Below are positions 19,973-34,142 of a stretch of DNA of 64,000 nt, one piece after another. Below the pieces are notes generated by a model. The model was given only the letters and a program-made list of their open reading frames with translations, was not told where the DNA came from and searched no databases. Both the position numbers and the translations under genes were made by a program. Positions within the stretch are counted from its first letter, which is position 1. Every line of letters starts with the position of its first letter. This DNA is from Candidatus Latescibacterota bacterium (GTDB lineage Bacteria; Latescibacterota; UBA2968; UBA8231): the NCBI GenBank assembly GCA_965223905.1, contig CBDCXV010000001.1, positions 64,001 to 128,000 of the forward strand, given 5' to 3'.

Positions 19973-20997
19973 CCCGGCTTCTGCCCATCCTCGGCGCCGT
20001 CCTCGCCGTGCTGATCGGCGCCGATCTCTGGATCGACCAGCACCAGAAGGAGATGCGCCTCGAAGCCGGAACCTTGCTGCCGCTGTTCGACCCGGCGGAC
20101 GAAGTCGTGCCGGAGCGCATCCGCCGCATCGAGGTGCGGGCCCCGGGAGGCCGCCACCTCTGGGTCTACGAGAAGCAAGGCAGGATCTGGCGCTACCCGT
20201 CGTACCATGGCGCCTACGTGCAGGAGGACCGCGTCGACTTCCTGCTGCGGAGCCTGCTGGAGACCTACGGGACCGTCGTCTCGGGAGACGACCGCGACTA
20301 CGGGTTGCTGCCGCAACAGGCGGTCGAGGTGCTTCTCGCGGAGGACTCGGGAGTGCTGGCCGACGTGCTGGTTGGCCGCGGGGCTCCGGGCCGGCGCACG
20401 GGGGAAGCCTACGTGCGCCGCAACCGCGACGGCGCCCGTATACGGCACCTGCACGCCAACCCCCGCCACGCCCTGGCCGGCGGCAATCCCCCGATGCTCG
20501 ACCCGTTTCTTTTTCCCAAGGTGCTCGAGCGAAACACCATCGTGCAGATCGATTTCGCCAGCGAAAAACCGGCGCCCCGGCAGCTGCGACGGGTGCCGCG
20601 GCCGCCCCCGGCGGAAGGTCCGTACCTGCCGCGGCCCGGGGAGTACGCCTACGACTGGGTGGCGACCTTCGACAGCGGCACCGACACCTGTCTCACTGCC
20701 AATCTCTTCGCCTACACGGCGTTCCTGAAGGAGCTCCGCTTCGAGAGCCTGCGCGACCCGCGGGCGGGCGGCTACGGATTTTCCGACGGCGAGCGCATCG
20801 AGCTGACCGACGAGGACGGGACCGTCGACGTCCTGCACCTAGGCCGCAGGGAAGGGGACCTGGTGTTCGTGCGCAACGAGGCGGCCGGTCTCGTCTGCGC
20901 CGTCGACTCCGGCAGCGCCGGGCTGCTGTTTCCCGGCCGTAGCGCCCTCACCGACACCCTGCCCGAGCCCTCGCCGTACCGGCTGGCGCGGCAATGA
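19969..20997 (+). CDS. DUF4340-like membrane-anchored protein of the Gld-like ABC operon
   Basis: GTG overlapping the upstream stop; N-terminal TM; DYGL, LVGR..YVR and GYGF..LHLG repeats; usual operon position. Confidence 0.7.
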   Translation: MTRLLPILGAVLAVLIGADLWIDQHQKEMRLEAGTLLPLFDPADEVVPERIRRIEVRAPGGRHLWVYEKQGRIWRYPSYHGAYVQEDRVDFLLRSLLETYGTVVSGDDRDYGLLPQQAVEVLLAEDSGVLADVLVGRGAPGRRTGEAYVRRNRDGARIRHLHANPRHALAGGNPPMLDPFLFPKVLERNTIVQIDFASEKPAPRQLRRVPRPPPAEGPYLPRPGEYAYDWVATFDSGTDTCLTANLFAYTAFLKELRFESLRDPRAGGYGFSDGERIELTDEDGTVDVLHLGRREGDLVFVRNEAAGLVCAVDSGSAGLLFPGRSALTDTLPEPSPYRLARQ

Positions 20998-21029
20998 AAA
21001 AAGCGCCCCCGGGAAACCCCGGGAGCGCT
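20997..21029 (-). terminator. Intrinsic terminator between convergent genes
   Basis: Stem AGCGC-C-CCCGGG / CCCGGG-A-GCGCT with an A-run on the left (U-tail on the minus strand). Confidence 0.7.
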
Positions 21030-21131
21030 CCGTATCACAGCTCTGGCTTTGTCTTGATGGCTATGCGGTAAGTAAGTCTGCGAACGAGGCGCCCCGGCGA
21101 CAGAATTCACCCGGGTTTCGCCGGGCAGGCA

Positions 21132-22622
21132 CTAAGGCAGCGAGGTCGTCCCCATCAGGTAGCGGTCGCACTCGCGGGCGGCGCCTCGTCCCTCGTTGAT
21201 CGCCCACACGACGAGGCTCTGCCCCCGTCTCATGTCGCCGGCGGCGAACACCCCCTCGACGCTGGTGGCGAAGCGGTCGTGCCCGGCCCTGGCGTTGGAA
21301 CGCTCGTCGCGCTCGACGTTGAGCTGATCGAGCACCGGGTCCTCCGGTCCGAGGAACCCCATCGCCAGCAGCACGAGATCGGCCGGCCACACCTTTTCGG
21401 TCCCGGGGACCGGCTGCGGCGCCATGTGGCCGCCGGCTCCCGGCGCCCATTCGATCCCCACCGTGTGCAGCTCCCTGACGTTGCCTTCGCCGTCGCCGAC
21501 GAACCTCGTGGTGTTGATCAGGTAGGTGCGCGGGTCCTCGCCGAAGCGGGCGGCCGCCTCTTCCTGGCCGTAGTCGAGCAGGTAGACGTTCGGCCACTCG
21601 GGCCAGGGATTGTCCGGGGCGCGCTCGTCGGGCGGCCGCGGCATGATTTCGAACTGCGTCAGGCTCCTGCAGCCGTGGCGCATCGAGGTGCCGACGCAGT
21701 CGGTGCCGGTGTCGCCGCCGCCGATGACGATGACGTGCTTGTCCCTTGCGGAGATGTAGTTGCCGTCGGCGTGGCCGGAGTCCATCAGGCTCTTCGTGTT
21801 CGCCGTCAGGAACTCCATGGCGAAGTGGACGCCGTTGAGCTCGCGCCCCTCTACCGGCATGTCGCGCCCCTTGGTCGCCCCACCGCACAGGACCACGGCG
21901 TCGAACTCCTCGATCAGCCGCGGCGCCGGGATGTCCCTGCCGATCTCGGTGTTGGTGACGAACTCGACCCCCTCGGCCTCCATCAGCTGCAGCCGCCGCG
22001 TCACCACCGCCTTGTCGAGCTTCATGTTCGGGATGCCGTACATCAGCAGGCCGCCGATGCGGTCGGCGCGCTCGTACACGGTGACCCAGTGTCCGGCGCG
22101 GTTCAGCTGCGCGGCGCAGGCGAGGCCCGCGGGCCCGGATCCGACGACGGCGACCCGCCTGCCGGTTCGTTTCTCCGGCGGCTCGGGGAGCACCGTGCCG
22201 GCGGCGAAGCCGTGGTCGACGATGGCGGCCTCGATGTTCTTGATCGTCACCGGGGGCTCGTTTATGCCGAGCACGCAGGCCCCTTCGCAGGGAGCGGGGC
22301 AGACGCGCCCGGTGAACTCGGGGAAGTTGTTGGTCTTGTGCAGCCGCTCCAGCGCGTCTTCCCAGAGGCCGCGGTAGACCAGGTCGTTCCACTCCGGGAT
22401 CAGGTTGTTGATCGGACAGCCCGACCCCTTGTCGCTGCGGCTCATCGACGCCCCGGTGTGGCAGAACGGGACGCCGCAGTCCATGCAGCGCGAACCCTGG
22501 TCCCGCAGCTTCTCCACCCCCATGTGAAGGTGGAACTCGTCCCAGTCCTTCACCCTTTCGAGCGGAAATCGATCCCGCGGCAGCTCCCGCTCGATCTCCA
22601 TGAATCCGGTCGGTTTGCCCAT
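21132..22622 (-). CDS. gltD: Glutamate synthase small subunit
   Basis: [65 protein letters not shown]. Confidence 0.97.
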   Translation of the reverse strand: MGKPTGFMEIERELPRDRFPLERVKDWDEFHLHMGVEKLRDQGSRCMDCGVPFCHTGASMSRSDKGSGCPINNLIPEWNDLVYRGLWEDALERLHKTNNFPEFTGRVCPAPCEGACVLGINEPPVTIKNIEAAIVDHGFAAGTVLPEPPEKRTGRRVAVVGSGPAGLACAAQLNRAGHWVTVYERADRIGGLLMYGIPNMKLDKAVVTRRLQLMEAEGVEFVTNTEIGRDIPAPRLIEEFDAVVLCGGATKGRDMPVEGRELNGVHFAMEFLTANTKSLMDSGHADGNYISARDKHVIVIGGGDTGTDCVGTSMRHGCRSLTQFEIMPRPPDERAPDNPWPEWPNVYLLDYGQEEAAARFGEDPRTYLINTTRFVGDGEGNVRELHTVGIEWAPGAGGHMAPQPVPGTEKVWPADLVLLAMGFLGPEDPVLDQLNVERDERSNARAGHDRFATSVEGVFAAGDMRRGQSLVVWAINEGRGAARECDRYLMGTTSLP

Positions 22623-22766
22623 TACTTCAACCTGCCACGGTGTTGCTTGCTGATCGGCGCTCGCCGAGCGGGAGCGAGCCTTCCAACCACACGGGAGCCA
22701 AAACAAAGTTTTCGCGACTCGCGCGCTTGCGTACGCGCAGGCTCGAGGGCGCTGCAGAGCGCGCGG

Positions 22767-22798
22767 CGATCTCCATGGATCCGGTCGGTTTACCCATT
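22767..22798 (-). repeat. Duplicated first codons of gltD
   Basis: CGATCTCCATGGATCCGGTCGGTTTACCCATT matches 22592-22623 CGATCTCCATGAATCCGGTCGGTTTGCCCATT at 30/32. Confidence 0.85.
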
Positions 22799-23095
22799 CG
22801 GTTTCCCGCAAGCGCTTAGAGGTAGGTCACTGAGCACCTCCCTGTTGGAAGCGTTTGTCTGAGGACTGATGTCCGTACTTTCAATCATTTTTCGAGATTT
22901 TCTAATGTCACTATTGCTCGGATTCCTGCAGCGGACAGTCACTGTTGACACAAAATCTCCGGATCAATCTGAAAAATGGCCCTCTGCATTGAGATCCCGT
23001 GAAACTACTCGCTACAACTTATGTTGCCCTCGGCCATTTTCTCTTCCACAATTTCCACTTGTTGAAGAATGTTCACGCCAATGTATCCCTATTCT

Positions 23096-24169
23096 TTACT
23101 TTAGCGTAGAGGTGGGCTCCCAAGTGAACTCAACATCCGGGCTCTGATCTTGAAGAATCTTCATCGCTGCGGCCCAGGACTGACCCCACTGATTACTGAA
23201 GACGTACGTCTTTCCTTCGTGGATAAATAGATCTCCTTCGCTGGTATGCCAACGTCGATCGTCGTATCGCCTACCATTCGTTTCTGCGTCGGCAGTTGCC
23301 AATCGATGAAACTCGTTCCTGTCTTGAGTTTCCCCCTCGATCCCAAACCAAACCCTGCTACCCTTCACTGGTGCCAGCATCTCCGCGATGGCATTCGGCG
23401 TTTTCCCACTTTCATTGAGGTATTTGACTACGAGCAGAATCGCGTTTCGTTTCCATTGAGACCGATAGACGGTCCCGTCAATGGTCACATCAAACCTCGT
23501 GAAGTCCGCGTTCGACTTCAGAGTCTGTCTCTCCTGCCTCTTCTTCTCCCGAACCTGGATCTGGTAATCAGCTGCCTCGGGCAATGGAACCACCTGTTGA
23601 ACATCAATAAAAACATGCCCATCATACGCATATGATTGGATCCGAACGCACCTGATATCGAGATCCTTCTCGTTCAGCCAAATCACAGAACTAGTTAATT
23701 CCCGTGAGAAATCTGCAGATACAAGAACAATTCGGACGTCTTGGGCAAATCTGTCCTCGTCAAGATTCTCCCATTCCAGGAATTCCAAAAGCAAAGTCTC
23801 CGGGTCACCGTCTTTTCCCCTTCGCCGAAGGTAGTTCCCGAATATCTCTATGGAGTTCGCGGCAGTTAGCGTAGAAACCATCGCTGCGTAGCGGAGCGCC
23901 TGAAGCTCCATGTGTCCACCATCTGGAGTTCGCTTCAACTCAACAACAACCAGATTGGCATCTCGGTCCACGCCAAGCAGGTCGATTCTCCTGCGCGATT
24001 CCTCCCAATCCCCGAACTCCTCTGCGATTATCAGGACATCTTGCGCCACAACCTCGATTTGGTGGCGAAGAAGCCTTTGAAGATCTCTACGCTCGTGGAG
24101 TTGGACCTCGCTAAAGGTTGTTGGCTCGATTGCCTCTATCTTGTCTTTTGTGAGTTCGAATATGGCCAC
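23096..24169 (-). CDS. NucS/EndoMS-like PD-(D/E)xK endonuclease with uncharacterised C-terminal domain
   Basis: ERRDLQ, EEF, RIDLLGVD..LVVVELKR, QALRYAA, C-terminal FSNQWG. Visibly lower GC than its flanks. Confidence 0.75.
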   Translation of the reverse strand: MAIFELTKDKIEAIEPTTFSEVQLHERRDLQRLLRHQIEVVAQDVLIIAEEFGDWEESRRRIDLLGVDRDANLVVVELKRTPDGGHMELQALRYAAMVSTLTAANSIEIFGNYLRRRGKDGDPETLLLEFLEWENLDEDRFAQDVRIVLVSADFSRELTSSVIWLNEKDLDIRCVRIQSYAYDGHVFIDVQQVVPLPEAADYQIQVREKKRQERQTLKSNADFTRFDVTIDGTVYRSQWKRNAILLVVKYLNESGKTPNAIAEMLAPVKGSRVWFGIEGETQDRNEFHRLATADAETNGRRYDDRRWHTSEGDLFIHEGKTYVFSNQWGQSWAAAMKILQDQSPDVEFTWEPTSTLK

Positions 24170-24219
24170 TCTTCTCCTCGCTTCTCACCAAAAGAGCAAA
24201 ATGCATGTCCGCTGATTTT

Positions 24220-28821
<4,602 letters not shown>

Positions 28822-28849
28822 CGATCGGGAGATCCGAATTTCGGTTCAG

Positions 28850-28985
28850 GGGAAGGGGTAAATATAGTGCGCCGAATCTTCATGTCAAACAAATTATTGA
28901 CACCTGATTACTGTTTGCGGCCAGGAAACATTCTTTATATGCATTAATTTGACCATTTATTGACATTTTATCTTATATTTCGCCC
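28850..28985. promoter_or_regulatory. AT-rich divergent promoter region with TGTCAA-N8-TTGACA palindrome (28883-28902)
   Basis: Sharp AT-rich island between gltB and the Lrp gene; several TTGAC hexamers. Confidence 0.55.
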
Positions 28986-29026
28986 GATTCAGGCCATCGA
29001 CGATCCAACCGTGCGAGACTTCGACC

Positions 29027-29602
29027 ATGCGTGACCTCGATCAGCAGGAGAAAACCATCGCCCGCGCCCTCATCCGCAACCCGCGGCGTTCGGACAACCG
29101 CATCAGCGCCACGACCGGGATTCCGGTGCGCACCGTGAGCCGCAAACGCCAGCGTTTGGAACAGGAAGGTATTCTGAAGTACTACACCGCCGTGGAGATG
29201 CAGGGGAACGGCACCTCGCGCTTCACCACCCAGCACATGATCATCATCAAGTTCACCCTCGGCGTGACCCGCAGCCAGATCGTCGAGGAGATCCGCAGCG
29301 AGCCCAACGTCGCCAACGTCTTCAGCGAGCTGATACGCGACAGCTTCATTGCCGAGACCGACGGACAGGTGGCGCTGGTGATGATCGTCGAAGGAGAATC
29401 GGACAGCGACGTCGCCGACAGCCTGCAGGGGAAGATCATCCCCTCGCTCCAGAAGAACCACGGCAGGGACTCGATCGACGAGCTGCGCACCATTCGCCTG
29501 CTAGGCACCATCCGCCGCGAGCACAACTACCTTCCGATGGTCAACATGAGCGCCGCCGTGCTCGACGACGACTGGCCTGACGAGGCGATCTTCGTCGGTT
29601 AG
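29027..29602 (+). CDS. Lrp/AsnC family transcriptional regulator
   Basis: N-terminal HTH NPRRSDNRISATTGIPVRTVSRKRQRLEQEGIL; divergent from gltB. Confidence 0.75.
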   Translation: MRDLDQQEKTIARALIRNPRRSDNRISATTGIPVRTVSRKRQRLEQEGILKYYTAVEMQGNGTSRFTTQHMIIIKFTLGVTRSQIVEEIRSEPNVANVFSELIRDSFIAETDGQVALVMIVEGESDSDVADSLQGKIIPSLQKNHGRDSIDELRTIRLLGTIRREHNYLPMVNMSAAVLDDDWPDEAIFVG

Positions 29603-29890
29603 ACCCTGGGGCATTCAGGAGGCGGATTCTGGGGGGAACATCGCTTCCTTTTCCATCCCTCCGACGTTACTCGGCCACCCCTTGCGAGCCGGCAGCCTCC
29701 GGGTGAATTGCCCTTCCCGCCGGGATTTGCCTGGTTGTCCCATGACTGAAATAACTCCTTGACATGCCCCCCTTTTTTGCGGCACGTTGCACTCAGTCTG
29801 GTCACCACCGGCAACGGGCGGGGACGAGGTTAGATGGTCGGTGAAGCGATGCCGGGGTGATTCCTCTCACTGCAAGGCGGTTTGGAAGGT

Positions 29891-30511
29891 ATGACCTCCC
29901 GCAAGCCTGCAGTACTGATCTCCTGCGGTCTGATCCTGGGCCTGACCGGCGGAGTCGCCGTTCTCCTCCACCTCAACTCCCAAGCCCGCGCCCGCCACTT
30001 CGATCCCGCGCTCCCGGCGCTCCCCTCCGCGACACAGCTTCTGGCCGCCACCCGGCAGTTCGACCCTTCCCTCGCTTCCATCGACCTCCAGTTGCTCCAC
30101 GAGGCCCGGCCGCTGCCCCGCTCCGGTCTGCTGCAGCTTTACCGGGTCTCCGACAAGGGCCGGCCGGTCTACGACCTGGCGCTGGTGCGCCACGACATCG
30201 CCTGCGGCACCTGCCGCGACCTGCTGGCCGCCGTCTACCTGGACGCCTTGACCCAAGAGGTCGCCGGGGTGGCCCCCCTGGAAGCCTGGGAGAAGGAGGG
30301 CGGCTCCTTCGCTCCGGACGCCTTCCTGGCGCAGCTGAAAGGGACTTCCCTGGGCGATTCGCTGCAGGTCGGCCAGGACCTGGACGGCATCAGCGGGGCG
30401 ACGCTGACGGTCGGCGCCATGCTGACCGAGCTGCGCGGGCTGCGTTTCTGGTTCACCTCGAGAACGGCAACCCGAGGCATGACACGAACGGATTACATGC
30501 CCGCAACCTGA
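29891..30511 (+). CDS. Membrane-anchored FMN-binding (RnfG/NosR-type flavinylation) domain protein
   Basis: N-terminal TM, CGTC, FLAQLKG, flavinylation motif DGISGATLT. Confidence 0.7.
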   Translation: MTSRKPAVLISCGLILGLTGGVAVLLHLNSQARARHFDPALPALPSATQLLAATRQFDPSLASIDLQLLHEARPLPRSGLLQLYRVSDKGRPVYDLALVRHDIACGTCRDLLAAVYLDALTQEVAGVAPLEAWEKEGGSFAPDAFLAQLKGTSLGDSLQVGQDLDGISGATLTVGAMLTELRGLRFWFTSRTATRGMTRTDYMPAT

Positions 30512-30927
30512 GCAACCACGAAAGCTTCGACATGCGCCCGTCGTGGTCTCCTGACGGATCCTGGATAGCCTTCCAGAGTACCCGCTACGGCGAAAGCGAA
30601 ATCTGTATTGTCAACGCCGACGGCGGCGAAGTGGTGAATGTCAGTAATCATCCTGCTCGCGACGAAGCGCCTTCGTGGTCTCCTGACGGTTTGGAGATCG
30701 CTTTCGCATCGAACCGAAGCGGTAGTTCTGACATCTACCGTATCGCCGCTGATGGATCGGCTGTGAACAAGGTCACGCAGGGTCCGGCCAACGACAGGGA
30801 GCCGGCGTGGTCTCCTGACGGAAGAAGTATCTGCTTCGTCTCCAACAGACGCGAGACCGTCTTGGAAGCGTTCTCCCAGTGGATAGCGCGCCCTGTTGAG
30901 GGGGCCATTAGAGCCATAGAGCCTTGA
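30478..30927 (+). pseudogene. TolB/PD40 beta-propeller fragment lacking its 5' end
   Basis: Three (S/A)WSPDG..I(A/C)FxS repeats in a different frame from the FMN gene; no convincing own start. Confidence 0.7.
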
Positions 30928-31087
30928 GCTGAATCCGCAAGAACGACAGTCCGGGTGGGTCGACCGGTCAGTCGCTCATAGGAAGAATGTCGCAAGGGTC
31001 AGAAAATGAACCCATGTGGATCGCAACGCTGGTGATGCCGACCGGTTCAAGATACCGGGACCGCCCCTCTGGCAGGAGGATTACAGG

Positions 31088-32023
31088 ATGCAACAACCCA
31101 TTTGGCTCAAGTTCGCCCTCTCATTGGCAGGCTTCCTCTCTGTCGCAGACGCCCAACCCCCGGACCGCATCTATCCTATCGTGGAGTTGACCGACCGCGA
31201 CGTCGCCGAGATCGACGTTACGGACGGTTCCGTCGAGGACTGGGAAAACATCGTCGGGGAGCCCACGCTCACCCCGCTGGACTTCGCGAAAACCCTACTT
31301 AGATCGTACGATCCTTCTGATATGGATTTTCGCATCTGGCTTGGATGGCACGATGCCACTGACCGGATCTTCTTCGCCATGGAGAGGGTCGACGACGTAT
31401 ACGTCAACGACTTCGACCGCAAGGATGAGAGTCTGGGCAATAATATTATGAGTTTGCACGACTCCTCGGTTTCGTTTGCCGTTGACGGAGACCACTCAGG
31501 TGGCGCGGTGTCCCCCGAGGAATCTTCAGAGGATTGGCTGCAGGACGTCCGCCAGGCGCAGGTTTTCCATGCGCTCGGGGAGGTTTTCGACGGGGGCTCC
31601 CAGCTTGGCATCTTCCCCCATTCGATTCATATGGGTGCGGACTGGTTCAGTCAGCCTCCGTTTGCACACGGAAGCGGCGCAGTGGTTGGCGGATCCCCCA
31701 TCTTCTCGGTGACGGAATTCTACGTGACGCCGTTTGACCGCTTTGTATCGACGGGTCCGGAAGACAGTGACGTGTCCGATCTGTTCGGCGGAAAGATCAT
31801 CGGTTTCAACATTCAGGTATACGACGTTGATGATCCTAGGCGCAACCGGGAGACCGTCCACCTGCTAGCAGCCCCCCCATCCCACGATTTTTTTAGGCCT
31901 CTGTTGGCGATGTCAGCAGACGACTTCGCCGACGGGGTTCTGATTACGCCGGATGGCTTGTCATCCGAAGATTCGGCGGTCGAAAGCGATTCCTGGGCCC
32001 GGATCAAGGCGACTTTCGAATAG
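31088..32023 (+). CDS. Secreted CBM9/DOMON-like protein with C-terminal SAVESDSWARIKA motif, copy A
   Basis: AGGAGG RBS, Sec signal (..VADA|Q), DGSVEDW, DDVY, DGDHSGG, EFYVTPFD, IGFNIQVYDVD. Fold call is inference. Confidence 0.8.
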   Translation: MQQPIWLKFALSLAGFLSVADAQPPDRIYPIVELTDRDVAEIDVTDGSVEDWENIVGEPTLTPLDFAKTLLRSYDPSDMDFRIWLGWHDATDRIFFAMERVDDVYVNDFDRKDESLGNNIMSLHDSSVSFAVDGDHSGGAVSPEESSEDWLQDVRQAQVFHALGEVFDGGSQLGIFPHSIHMGADWFSQPPFAHGSGAVVGGSPIFSVTEFYVTPFDRFVSTGPEDSDVSDLFGGKIIGFNIQVYDVDDPRRNRETVHLLAAPPSHDFFRPLLAMSADDFADGVLITPDGLSSEDSAVESDSWARIKATFE

Positions 32024-32153
32024 TTTCCCCCAAGCCCGAAGGGTACAGGGAACACCAATCGCGGGGTCGAGGCCTCTCCGCTGCGAGCGGGTGTGGACTA
32101 TCATCCTATGGACCTGTCCCAGTTCGACAGGTTCTCCCCCACACCTTCTCTCC

Positions 32154-33728
32154 GGGTGTCTTAGCTGATTGTTACGGTTTCGGTGGTTGTTTTTAGGTTT
32201 TCTCGGTACTGCTGAAAGACCCGGTCAAGCGTTCCATTGTACAAGGCGCAGCGCAGGGCCAGAATGGCGTTGCTGTTTTCCTTATACCACCAAGCGCCCG
32301 ACCGTTTCAGACGAACGTGGCCGATGAAGCGATGCGCCGATTCGATCGCCCCCGACCCGATCGGGTATCCGCCCTTGCGATGGCTGCCGAAATCGACCTG
32401 GTGCAGTCGCTTTTGCAGGTAGGTCAAGGCCGTGCCGATGGCCTCTCCGGCCTCTTCCGAGAGCGGCTGCATGCGCTGCAGACCCCAGACCACGCCGCTG
32501 CCCTCGCCGCAGAACAGGCGCGCCAGGGTCGCTTCCAGCCAATGGGCAGCACGCGCCGCATCGGCGCCGTATTGGGCCTCGGCCACCGCGTGCAGGTAGC
32601 TGCTGCAATGGTAGTAGTCGAGGATCTGACGGGCGCTCGGGAACAGCTCTTCCACCCACTTCCAGATCCACGGAGCGCCATCTCCGATGGCACACAAGCG
32701 CACCTGATCCTCCGGGATCAGCCCCGCCTCCTTGACCTGGCGCAAGGCCGCGCCGAAGGCCTGTTCGTTGCCCATCTGGTGCCAGGAGATCAGCTGCTCG
32801 ATGCGCTCATCGTCTATCAGGTAGAAGCGAAAGCCCTTGGCTTCGTGGTATTCCCCCTGCCAACGCCTTCGCCGAGCCCGGCTCTTCTTGCGTCCGGGAC
32901 GGGTGCCTTTGGCGGTCTGGGGACGACTGGGCACGTCGGCCGCGTCGATGGCCAACACCACGATCGGCCGCCACTTGCGACCGGCGGCGGCTTGCGCAAT
33001 GCGATCCTGGATATCGGCCGCGTCCGGACACACCTGCAGCACGTCCAACGACCCGGTCTGTTGCAGCACCTCGTGAATCACACAATCGCTCATCGACGCG
33101 TCGGTGAGCTCGTCCAACAGTTCGGCGGCGCGCCGGTGGGGCATCTCCAGCCCCAGCTTGACCCCGGCCTGCTGCACGTCCCACTGCTTGCGCTGCGCCG
33201 ACAGGCCCAGGGCCTCGTCCAGCGGATAGAACCCGTGGTGACAGCCAACGCAGTAGAAATAGGGACGCTCCAAGGTCACCGGCCCGAGCAGCGTCTCCAC
33301 CGTGCGCGAGCGAGACGGGCGCGCTCGCAGCAGGCCTTTGCACTTGGGGCAGGCCGCCTCTTCCTGGGCCAGGAAATGGCCGTGGCGGCGTTCGACGAAG
33401 GCTTCCACCAAGGCCGCGGTGAGCCCGGAGCGCTCTTGAGACATCGCCGCGGTGATCTCCATCAACGTCGGCGCACAAGATCCGCGCTCGCTCATTTGCG
33501 TCTCCACCCGATCCAGCCATTGGTCCAAGGCTTCATGCGCCCGGCTTCGAAAGCGGTCCTGACTCTGCCGCTCCTGAAAAACTTCCAGAGAGAGAATCGC
33601 ACTCATCGCTCCCCTTCTTTCTGAAATCAGGGGAGCGCGCCGCAGGGGATGCGGAAAAAGAAAGCAACTTACTGTAAAATATACACATACGCACCTGAAT
33701 TGCGCTATAACAATTACTTAAGACGCCC
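32154..33728 (-). mobile_element. Complete IS element, ISKra4-like, 1575 bp
   Basis: Imperfect 21-bp IRs GGGTGTCTTAGCTGATTGTTA / GGGCGTCTTAAGTAATTGTTA; 8-bp TSD TTCTCTCC at 32146-32153 and 33729-33736. Confidence 0.9.
32161..33606 (-). CDS. DDE transposase, ISKra4/UPF0236-like
   Basis: CPKC..RPYFYC..C zinc ribbon, IGDGAPWIW, LDYYH, GYPIGSGAIESA, RLKRSGAWW. Confidence 0.9.
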   Translation of the reverse strand: MSAILSLEVFQERQSQDRFRSRAHEALDQWLDRVETQMSERGSCAPTLMEITAAMSQERSGLTAALVEAFVERRHGHFLAQEEAACPKCKGLLRARPSRSRTVETLLGPVTLERPYFYCVGCHHGFYPLDEALGLSAQRKQWDVQQAGVKLGLEMPHRRAAELLDELTDASMSDCVIHEVLQQTGSLDVLQVCPDAADIQDRIAQAAAGRKWRPIVVLAIDAADVPSRPQTAKGTRPGRKKSRARRRRWQGEYHEAKGFRFYLIDDERIEQLISWHQMGNEQAFGAALRQVKEAGLIPEDQVRLCAIGDGAPWIWKWVEELFPSARQILDYYHCSSYLHAVAEAQYGADAARAAHWLEATLARLFCGEGSGVVWGLQRMQPLSEEAGEAIGTALTYLQKRLHQVDFGSHRKGGYPIGSGAIESAHRFIGHVRLKRSGAWWYKENSNAILALRCALYNGTLDRVFQQYRENLKTTTETVTIS

Positions 33729-33878
33729 TTCTCTCCATGAGGTGGACCCCATTCTTTGGACAGCCCGACAGCAGAATTAATAAAGTTGATGCCTCCCGGG
33801 AGCTACCTTCAATAGGTGTGGAAAAAGAGAAAAGGCGACCCTATAGCCGATGCAGGAACTTGAAAAGGAGGTGCAGCC

Positions 33879-34020
33879 GTGAGGGCGAAGTGGATCGGTG
33901 TCTTAACGCTGGCATCGGGCTAGTCTTCTCCAGTCAGGTCCACGGACATTTCGGTGCCAGGATCCTCCCCATATTCGAGATCACCGATGACATGCTCGCA
34001 CAGATCGAGCTGGACGGTCG
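33879..34020 (+). pseudogene. N-terminal fragment of a fourth member of the secreted family
   Basis: AAGGAGG RBS; GTG RAKWIGVLTL-(1-nt slip)-IGLVFSSQVHG|HFGARILPIFEITDDMLAQIELDG aligns with DRIYPIVELTDRDVAEIDVTDG. Confidence 0.6.
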
Positions 34021-34142
34021 GTCAGCTCATGTCCGCCATGCTCAGCGAGCCCAACCAGCAGGTCGAGATCAGGACCGAGGCGGTCCTGGATCCACAGCGC
34101 CCTGAGCTCTCTTCTCCGCCACAATTCAGGAGGGATTACAGG

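Noticed and set aside
22869-23147. 92-aa plus-strand ORF in the AT-rich gltBD insert
   Set aside because: No RBS or motif, opposite to the operon direction, and it overlaps the nuclease 3' end. It is more likely decayed foreign DNA.
29780-29875. FMN riboswitch upstream of the FMN-binding gene
   Set aside because: A stem (TCACC-A-CCGGCA/TGCCGG-GGTGA) exists, but the RFN consensus blocks are absent.
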